This document shows positions 8,426 to 14,493 of a stretch of 20,000 nucleotides of DNA, one piece after another. The stretch is taken from the IMG/VR virus record IMGVR_UViG_3300030116_002442; one strand, 5' to 3'. Below the pieces are notes generated by a model, which saw only the letters and a list, made by a program, of their open reading frames with translations, was not told where the DNA came from and did not search any database. The translations under genes and the position numbers were made by a program. Within the stretch, counting starts at the first letter, position 1. Every line of letters starts with the position of its first letter. The DNA is from an uncultured virus (IMG/VR IMGVR_UViG_3300030116_002442) (Duplodnaviria; Heunggongvirae; Uroviricota; Caudoviricetes).

Positions 8426-8485
8426 GTCTATTCTTAAGTATTTATGCTACTTCATACTATTTAGATGTTCTGTCTGTTATGTATT

Positions 8486-8510
8486 GTTTTGCTTTTCTTT
8501 ATTGTATTAA
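8486..8510 (+). repeat. Early-region motif copy 2 (GTTTTGCTTTTCTTTATTGTATTAA)
   Basis: Near-identical to 7905-7929; directly precedes a structured element. Confidence 0.75.
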
Positions 8511-8513
8511 TAC

Positions 8514-8594
8514 TGATAAACCTCTTCTATAGGTGCTAATTGATTGAAAGATATTAGCTATATAGTTTGTTCAGATGAGCAAAGGGGTTTATCA
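8514..8594 (+). ncRNA. Candidate structured RNA, 3-way junction
   Basis: P1 TGATAAACCTC/GGGGTTTATCA; P2 CTATA/TATAG plus GCTAAT/ATTAGC; P3 TTTGTTC-AGAT-GAGCAAA. Confidence 0.5.
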
Positions 8595-8610
8595 TATCAT
8601 TCATAAGTAA

Positions 8611-8702
8611 GGATTAGTCAGTAGCCTAACTAACAACTGAAGACACCGAGATGTGGATAAACTATAATCTAAGGTTACGCCCTCTCACCTTAAGCAGAGG
8701 GC
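8611..8702 (+). ncRNA. Candidate structured RNA: hammerhead-like element followed by an H-type pseudoknot
   Basis: GTC...CTGAAGA-CAC/GTG-GATAAAC with TAGT/ACTA pairing; then interleaved stems TAAGGT/ACCTTA and GCCCTCT/AGAGGGC. Confidence 0.35.
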
Positions 8703-8724
8703 ATTATATTTTAGCTATGAAAAT

Positions 8725-8871
8725 ATGAGTCTAAATAAATCAGTACTTGTAGTCATATTGTGGTTTGCAATGTGTCTATTTGTTTTAACATCACTATCAT
8801 CATGCAGTACAAGTAAAATCAACTCATGTTGGGACAGTAATGGTAAAACTAAAAATGGTATATACAAATAA
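8725..8871 (+). CDS. Small lipoprotein, 48 aa (MSLNKSVLVVILWFAMCLFVLTSLSS-CSTSKINSCWDSNGKTKNGIYK)
   Basis: Manual ORF with a basic N-region, hydrophobic h-region and lipobox LSS-C. Confidence 0.65.
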   Translation: MSLNKSVLVVILWFAMCLFVLTSLSSCSTSKINSCWDSNGKTKNGIYK

Positions 8872-8873
8872 TT

Positions 8874-8891
8874 GTTTTGCCGTTCGTTATT
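8874..8891 (+). repeat. Early-region motif copy 3 (GTTTTGCCGTTCGTTATT)
   Basis: Starts 3 nt after the stop at 8871, upstream of ORF 8946. Confidence 0.7.
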
Positions 8892-8945
8892 ATAGGTTTT
8901 GTTTGCTCGCCTTGAAGAGTAATATTAATTTAATTTTATTAAGCT

Positions 8946-9527
8946 ATGACAACATTAGCAAATTTTAAAAAGCTTGAAAATGTTTCAAGTGTACCTGTAG
9001 AGTATATGGATAGAACTCCAGGTATTAAAACAGGGGTATTAGATACTCTTACACCATCATTTACATACAAAATGTACAATGGTATTGATAAAAATGGTAA
9101 CATAAAAACTACCGAGCCTAAGCCATATGATATGGCAGATATCGTTCTTATTGAAAGACGAAAAGATAAAACTGGCCAATGGTATGACAAAGAATTACCT
9201 ACATTCTCAATGAACTTTAAATCTGTAGAACAATCTGACAACAGGGTTACATTTTATTCCATGTTATTCAGAAATTGTACATCTAAAGACATTGTTAATG
9301 AAATGTCCACAGGTAAATTAATCAAATCTAAAGCTTTCGTTAGTATTCTAAATGCTAATGATATACAACCTAATCAGTTTGTAGATATGGTTAAAAACCT
9401 AAAAACACCTATCTCGTTTGCTCAATACAAGCGTGATAATGGACAACTAAACTTCGTTGATGTAGATTACTACAACGAAAACAAAGCACAATCTTCTAAT
9501 GCTACTACAGAAGAACCTGTGTTTTAA
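8946..9527 (+). CDS. Hypothetical protein with an SSB-like acidic C-terminal tail (…TTEEPVF)
   Basis: 193 aa with a flexible linker and acidic-Pro-x-Phe end; has its own upstream motif and terminator. Confidence 0.75.
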   Translation: MTTLANFKKLENVSSVPVEYMDRTPGIKTGVLDTLTPSFTYKMYNGIDKNGNIKTTEPKPYDMADIVLIERRKDKTGQWYDKELPTFSMNFKSVEQSDNRVTFYSMLFRNCTSKDIVNEMSTGKLIKSKAFVSILNANDIQPNQFVDMVKNLKTPISFAQYKRDNGQLNFVDVDYYNENKAQSSNATTEEPVF

Positions 9528-9530
9528 TTC

Positions 9531-9563
9531 TAAGGGGGACTTCATCGTTCCCCTTATTTTTTT
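9531..9563 (+). terminator. Intrinsic terminator
   Basis: TAAGGGGGAC-TTCATC-GTTCCCCTTA followed by T7, directly after the stop. Confidence 0.85.
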
Positions 9564-9663
9564 AACCCCTGTCAGCACAGGGGAGCTTAGCCCTACCAAT
9601 CGACGGCGTGGGCGCGCTTAGTCACTATCATGCACGGTAGTGTGCCAATAGGTACAATTATTT

Positions 9664-9681
9664 GTTTGGCTGTTCTTTGCT
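9664..9681 (+). repeat. Early-region motif copy 4 (GTTTGGCTGTTCTTTGCT)
   Basis: Matches the core GTTTKGCYDTTC; upstream of ATG 9717. Confidence 0.65.
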
Positions 9682-9716
9682 TGTTGTTTTTTGTTTAACC
9701 TTTAATACTTTATGCT

Positions 9717-9824
9717 ATGAATATAGAAATTAATTCTGAGGACATGATTATATTGTCCTTGTACAACGAAAATAATGTAAATGAAGATATGTTTGATACC
9801 TTTGTGTCAAGCTATATCTCATAA
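9717..9824 (+). CDS. Small acidic peptide, 35 aa (MNIEINSEDMIILSLYNENNVNEDMFDTFVSSYIS)
   Basis: Manual ORF with the same leader (TTTAACCTTTAA…TTTATGCTATG) as ORF 10690. Confidence 0.6.
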   Translation: MNIEINSEDMIILSLYNENNVNEDMFDTFVSSYIS

Positions 9825-9829
9825 TTAAA

Positions 9830-10127
9830 TAAACGATAATCCATGGGTGATAATACATATTTAACAGAAAAGTGCTTGCACGAAGTAATTAACTATGTAT
9901 ATATGATGGTAGGAGCGACCAAAGCGGTGGCGGTTGTTTGACGTTAGGTGCACACTTGTTAGGGCCAATATCACAAAGCTCTTTAGAAACTCTTAGGCAA
10001 GGGACAGAAAGCCCCCTACATTTATTTGTATGGGTAAGTAATTATCTTGAACGATTAGACTCAAGAATTGAGAAAAAAAACTGGGCCACTCCTATTAATC
10101 GACAGACCACATTCTCCGTATCGTTTA
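9830..10127 (+). ncRNA. Candidate ~300-nt multi-domain ncRNA
   Basis: Closing stem TAAACGATA/TATCGTTTA; internal long-range pairs TAGGA/TCCTA plus GTGGC/GCCAC; several hairpins; no convincing ORF. Confidence 0.5.
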
Positions 10128-10136
10128 ACTTGTAAG

Positions 10137-10227
10137 ATAAGACTATTAGGTTGCAGAACAAGATACTTGTTGGTAGTGTATACTACATTGGAGGATAAAT
10201 ATCCTTTTTCTGTAGCCAATGTCTTAT
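10137..10227 (+). ncRNA. Candidate structured RNA, 4-way junction
   Basis: ~19-bp closing stem enclosing three 5-bp hairpins. Confidence 0.55.
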
Positions 10228-10251
10228 TATTTTTTAATTAATACTTATAAC

Positions 10252-10581
10252 ATGAAAAAATTACTTAAATCAATTAATTTATTGATAGCTGATTATCTTT
10301 CAGGTAAAGATATGGCTATCATACCTAAATCAGAACTCACTTTATTTATTAAACAATGTGAAGATGATGTACATTCCTTAAAACATGAAGTTCAAAACAT
10401 AACTATAGATGGCGAAAGTGTTACAAGAATGATACAAGATGAAGTTATAAATGCTTTAGAGTTTCGTTCTTATGACCTTGAACAATATATAGAAGGCTGT
10501 GGTTCGTGTGATGAGGTAATCACAGATTTAAAATCAAGAATAAATGAGTTTAAAACTAAAAACAATTTACGTAAAAATTAG
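10252..10581 (+). CDS. Hypothetical protein (start re-assigned to MKKLLKS)
   Basis: The track start at 10219 lies inside the 4-way junction stem. ATG 10252 has the TTAATACTTATAAC leader seen at other early genes. Confidence 0.7.
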   Translation: MKKLLKSINLLIADYLSGKDMAIIPKSELTLFIKQCEDDVHSLKHEVQNITIDGESVTRMIQDEVINALEFRSYDLEQYIEGCGSCDEVITDLKSRINEFKTKNNLRKN

Positions 10582-10587
10582 TAATAT

Positions 10588-10671
10588 AGGGAGTGCTCGT
10601 CGTAAGTAGCGGTTATTCACTCAGACGTACGTGTAAGCTGCAGCTAAGCACGTGAGAGCTCCCTTTTTTTT
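10588..10671 (+). ncRNA. Branched stem-loop ending in a U-tract (structured terminator/attenuator candidate)
   Basis: AGGGAGTGCTC/GAGAGCTCCCT closing stem, internal ACGTG/CACGT stem, T-run. Confidence 0.45.
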
Positions 10672-10689
10672 AACCTTTAAATTTATGCT

Positions 10690-10908
10690 ATGGAAATATT
10701 TGCAATTAATATGAAAACATATATGTTCAATAATTATACTGATGAAAGCTTTTTCAAAATAACTATTATTGATAATATGTTATACCAAACATTAGAAAGT
10801 GCTGTAAAGCAATTAGAATTATTATATGAAACTATTGATACAGATAATACAAATGTAGAGTATTACATAAGTACATACACATTACAATTACAAGATGATT
10901 ATAATTAA
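10690..10908 (+). CDS. Hypothetical protein, 72 aa
   Basis: ORF with the conserved early leader. Confidence 0.7.
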   Translation: MEIFAINMKTYMFNNYTDESFFKITIIDNMLYQTLESAVKQLELLYETIDTDNTNVEYYISTYTLQLQDDYN

Positions 10909-11113
10909 TAAACAAGAGGTTGATATCACCTCTTTAACAGTAGAAGATGTCAATAGATGTGACTTTCCGAAGTTCACTGATGCGTTCTTGTCAGCAGGTA
11001 AATACACAAATGGTAACAACCTGAACGGCAAGGAGTTAGAACAGCTTGAAAAAGAATACCCAGACTTAGTAAACCAGTTAGCAGTTGAATCGTATTGGGA
11101 TATAGGTCTATAA
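10895..11113 (+). CDS. Hypothetical phage protein, 72 aa (DFPKFTDAF motif)
   Basis: Overlaps the upstream stop; acidic globular composition. Confidence 0.7.
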   Translation: MIIINKQEVDITSLTVEDVNRCDFPKFTDAFLSAGKYTNGNNLNGKELEQLEKEYPDLVNQLAVESYWDIGL

Positions 11114-11126
11114 TTTTTCATAGCGA

Positions 11127-11203
11127 GCCACAGGTAAGTGTGGTACTTTTATAGTAAAATTAATACGAAACCAACTGAAGAGTGCTTACCCACTCTTTTT
11201 TTT
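11127..11203 (+). ncRNA. Candidate kissing-loop RNA ending in a terminator hairpin
   Basis: GCCACA-GGTAAG-TGTGGT and AAGAGTG-CTTACC-CACTCTT plus a T-run; the two loops are exact complements. Confidence 0.55.
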
Positions 11204-11229
11204 ATTCACTATCATTAATACTTACAACC

Positions 11230-11301
11230 ATGGAAGACTTAACCGACAATATATTTATAGGACTTATAGCAGTATTTATACTTTATATGATATTCGGGTA
11301 G
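11230..11301 (+). CDS. Single-TM micropeptide, 23 aa (MEDLTDNIFIGLIAVFILYMIFG)
   Basis: Manual ORF with a TTAATACTTACAACC leader like other early genes; ends 3 nt before motif copy 5. Confidence 0.55.
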   Translation: MEDLTDNIFIGLIAVFILYMIFG

Positions 11302-11303
11302 CT

Positions 11304-11321
11304 GTTTGGCTATTCGTTATT
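11304..11321 (+). repeat. Early-region motif copy 5 (GTTTGGCTATTCGTTATT)
   Basis: 15/18 identical to copy 3; upstream of ORF 11349. Confidence 0.7.
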
Positions 11322-11348
11322 CCTTTTGTTTAACCTTAATTTATAACT

Positions 11349-11894
11349 ATGAAAGAAAAACTTCAAACCGAAACAATATACAATGCATTGATTAATTATC
11401 AAATGTCATGCTCAAATGACCATAAAACTAAAAGCTTACAAGAAGCTATTTATCAATTAGAAGATATTAAAAACAACAAAGCTTTTATTAAAAACATTAC
11501 TAAAGCAAAAGATATTAAAAATGAAGCATGTTTAACTATAGATAATGTAGTTCATTTCTTAGAAACTTTTATTAAAATGGAGCCAACAGTAATTTCATTT
11601 ATAAAAGAAGATAATGGCACTACAGTGCATACTTTTATAAGGCATAACTCTATAGATTATCAAGAATGTGATAAATACAATCCTATTATGGGAGAAACAA
11701 ATGCTAGAGTTGAGCATGTGTCTAGAAAAATGTTTTCATTCTTCTTAAATATAATAGAATTGATGTCAGATACTCAATTAACGTACATGAAAAAAATATT
11801 TCATAACGAAATAAAAAGAAGAAAAGATATAGACAAAGTTGTTGATAAAGCTTCAAAAAAAATATTAAAAGATAATATAGATGAAAATAAATGA
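11349..11894 (+). CDS. Hypothetical protein, 181 aa
   Basis: Long ORF with the conserved leader; no recognised motif. Confidence 0.75.
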   Translation: MKEKLQTETIYNALINYQMSCSNDHKTKSLQEAIYQLEDIKNNKAFIKNITKAKDIKNEACLTIDNVVHFLETFIKMEPTVISFIKEDNGTTVHTFIRHNSIDYQECDKYNPIMGETNARVEHVSRKMFSFFLNIIELMSDTQLTYMKKIFHNEIKRRKDIDKVVDKASKKILKDNIDENK

Positions 11895-12075
11895 TGAAAT
11901 GCGCAATGGTATTCCTTGGGAAGCCATTGAAGATTACTATGATATGTTAGAGGAGCCTGAGTGGTTTTACTTCCATTGCTCTGATAATGTGTCGTATGAA
12001 ATTACCAGTAAAGGAGAAACCTTTGCTGATGAAAAATTATTAACTAAAAAATTATATAAAAAATGTGTGGATTAG
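11881..12075 (+). CDS. Hypothetical acidic protein, 64 aa
   Basis: Overlaps both neighbours by 13-14 nt. Confidence 0.65.
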   Translation: MKINDEMRNGIPWEAIEDYYDMLEEPEWFYFHCSDNVSYEITSKGETFADEKLLTKKLYKKCVD

Positions 12076-12977
12076 TAGGATTTAGTGGTAAAGCTGATAC
12101 AAGTGTATTTAAAGCTTTACATTTATTAGCAGATAATGACAGTAGGGGCGGACACTCTTCAGGATTATTTGCAAATGGTAAAATATACAAGACTGTTGAT
12201 GAGTCTATGAATATATTACCTATGCTTAAAACTAGCGTAACTGGTAGTGTTCTTATTGGACACACTAGATATGCAACTCACGGTAAACATACTGTTGAGA
12301 ACGCTCACCCTTATCAATATAATAACATTGTAGGAGCACACAATGGTGTATTATCTAATTATGAAGAGGTGGGTAAAAAGTTTAATATTAAAAAGACCAC
12401 CGTTGACTCTCAAATGATATTTAAATTACTTGCACAAGAAAAAGACGACAACCATTTAGGTTTATTTAGTGGTGCTAAGAATGTTTTATTTACCAAAGGA
12501 GACAACAAGCTTTATGTATACCGTAGAGATAACCCATTGTTTTACTTAGAAACAGAGGAGGGTATATATGTAAGTTCTTTAGAAGAAGGTCTTAAAAATA
12601 TTAAGAAAAAGAACGAAGTTGTAATAGAAGTTCCAGAAAATAAATTATTTACATTAGAAAATGGCAAGATTGTAAAAACAAAGAAAATTAAACATAAACC
12701 AATCGCATCTAAATCTACTGTAAATACAGACTGGAGAAGCTATGGTGGATACACTCCAAGAAGTGAGCTCTATGGTAATTACACTTATGACAGTTATGGT
12801 GGTTATGATTTTCAAGAAGAAGATGATAAGCTACAAGAACAAGAGTTTGAACAACTTGCAGATTTTGCTGACTTTGTGCATGAATTGTATTGTACTGACA
12901 GATTTACTGATACAGAGCAACACAAGCTTATGGAATTGTATAACTTTTTAAACACTTATGCTTATGAGTACTATTAA
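12063..12977 (+). CDS. Class II (Ntn) glutamine amidotransferase
   Basis: N-terminal MCG (catalytic Cys2), RGGHSSG, GHTRYATHG, NAHPY, HNGVLSN and VDS motifs. Confidence 0.92.
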   Translation: MCGLVGFSGKADTSVFKALHLLADNDSRGGHSSGLFANGKIYKTVDESMNILPMLKTSVTGSVLIGHTRYATHGKHTVENAHPYQYNNIVGAHNGVLSNYEEVGKKFNIKKTTVDSQMIFKLLAQEKDDNHLGLFSGAKNVLFTKGDNKLYVYRRDNPLFYLETEEGIYVSSLEEGLKNIKKKNEVVIEVPENKLFTLENGKIVKTKKIKHKPIASKSTVNTDWRSYGGYTPRSELYGNYTYDSYGGYDFQEEDDKLQEQEFEQLADFADFVHELYCTDRFTDTEQHKLMELYNFLNTYAYEYY

Positions 12978-14316
12978 AGAAAAATTAGTTGAATGTGTAT
13001 GTGGTAATCATTTTCCTATTGAAGAGGTTGTAGACCTTTATGGTGGAGGTTATGTTCATAATGAAGAATTAGATGATTATGTACAATTAGATGAATCTTG
13101 TGGGGAATCTCAACTTAGTAACGGTGGACTTTGGTGCCACATACACGATACTATAGAAGTTGATTGTGACAGCAGCTATTATCCTGCAGAAAACTATCAT
13201 GACTTTGACATTGACTGGTGTCATGCTAATGAAACCTATATGTATACAGATAATATGTACTGGGGGTATGTTAGTAGAAGAAATGAGGGTTGGTTCTGTA
13301 ATGAAAGTACTGATTATGTTTATTCAGAACGTGATGATGTGTATTTTATGGACTGCGATATAGCTCGAGATAGAGACTATGAATATTGTGAATCATCAGA
13401 TGATTATCTGCATGTAGATGACATAGAAAACTCAGGAAGCGAGTGGGATAACACTAGCGACACAGCTAATCTATGTAAAAAGTATAGAAAAACTTTTGGT
13501 ATGCCATATACTTTTGGTGTAGAAATAGAAACTAGCGATGGTTACTTAGAATTTGATAGCAGCCTAAATGTTAAAGCTGTATACGATGGTAGTATAAACG
13601 GTAAAGAATATGTTACTGGTTGTATGTCAGGTGATGGAGGTGTTAATATGTTACAGAGAATATGCCAAAAAATTAGTCATACTTGTTATGTAGACTCTAG
13701 TTGTGGCGTTCATGTTCATATAGGTGGTGCTAACTTCAATAGAAGATTTAGTATATTATCTGTTATGTTAGGTGTAATGCTTGAGACGCAAATATTTTCT
13801 ATGATGCCTCCATCAAGAATGAAGTCTAGTTATTGTTTGAAAATACCTGATAAGTTCTATAAGTTAAGAACTATTAACAAAAGACTATACCCAAGAACAT
13901 ACAAAAGAATGTTAAATTTATTAGCAGAGTATGTTCATGTTGAAGGGTCTGAGTTTTCTAAAAACAATAACAAAAAACTTTCTCATCCAGGTGGTAGGTA
14001 CGCTAGTTCTAGATATAAGTGGTTAAATCTAAATAACTGTAGTTATAATAGAACTGGCCCTAATACCATTGAATTCAGGTGTCATAGTGGCTCTAAAGAT
14101 TTCACTAAAATATATAATTGGTTATTAATATGTATGTGTTTTGTGAAGTATGTAGAGAATAATTCTAGAGACATTATAAATTCATACAATGATTGGATTA
14201 AGGGGCATGTTAGTAAAAGAATAACACTGGATACAATTATAAAAGCTGGACTTGGTAAAAAATCTGATTTCTTGATACAATACATCAACAACAGAATGGA
14301 AAAGTTTTCAGGTTAA
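12958..14316 (+). CDS. Putative amidoligase (COOH-NH2 ligase, glutamine synthetase-like fold) with an acidic repeat N-terminus
   Basis: TFGVEIE, DGSI, EYVT, SCGVHVHIG, RYKWLN and TIEFR motifs; adjacent to the GATase-II. Confidence 0.85.
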   Translation: MLMSTIKEKLVECVCGNHFPIEEVVDLYGGGYVHNEELDDYVQLDESCGESQLSNGGLWCHIHDTIEVDCDSSYYPAENYHDFDIDWCHANETYMYTDNMYWGYVSRRNEGWFCNESTDYVYSERDDVYFMDCDIARDRDYEYCESSDDYLHVDDIENSGSEWDNTSDTANLCKKYRKTFGMPYTFGVEIETSDGYLEFDSSLNVKAVYDGSINGKEYVTGCMSGDGGVNMLQRICQKISHTCYVDSSCGVHVHIGGANFNRRFSILSVMLGVMLETQIFSMMPPSRMKSSYCLKIPDKFYKLRTINKRLYPRTYKRMLNLLAEYVHVEGSEFSKNNNKKLSHPGGRYASSRYKWLNLNNCSYNRTGPNTIEFRCHSGSKDFTKIYNWLLICMCFVKYVENNSRDIINSYNDWIKGHVSKRITLDTIIKAGLGKKSDFLIQYINNRMEKFSG

Positions 14317-14329
14317 TCGCTGCTCAATT

Positions 14330-14456
14330 AAGTGTGTGTAATAGTTATTTAAAATATATCTTGTCCGTAACTATGTGCGGCCCGTGATTCCGCGCACACA
14401 CTTTAACATAAGGTTTAGATTAGGCCTAGAGCTGAATACTCTATCAACCAATCTAA
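14330..14456 (+). ncRNA. Candidate structured RNA: 3-way junction plus an interrupted hairpin
   Basis: AAGTGTGTGT/GCACACACTT enclosing ATAGTTAT/GTAACTAT and GCGG/CCGC; then TTAGATT/AATCTAA with TAGAG/CTCTA. Confidence 0.5.
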
Positions 14457-14460
14457 TAAT

Positions 14461-14493
14461 ACCCCTACTATTTGGCGTGTAGGGGTTCCTTTT
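14461..14493 (+). terminator. Terminator-like hairpin
   Basis: ACCCCTAC/GTAGGGGT followed by TCCTTTT. Confidence 0.6.

Noticed and set aside
9843..10135. ORFs 9938..10135 (TTG start) and 9843..9941 (32 aa); tmRNA or group I intron identity
   Set aside because: No early-type leader and embedded in paired regions. No tRNA-like ends. The group I R-like AACGATTAGAC has no matching S element.
10137..10227. tRNA gene
   Set aside because: Loops too small; no TTC T-loop or CCA end.
11127..11197. Hammerhead or pistol ribozyme
   Set aside because: CGAAAC and CTGAAGA are only 3 nt apart, so stems I and III cannot form. The pistol conserved nucleotides after the pseudoknot are absent.
7900..11350. CRISPR or TIGR-like array
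   Set aside because: Repeats are irregularly spaced by hundreds of nt with genes between them; no Cas, Nop-domain or reverse transcriptase gene was recognised.
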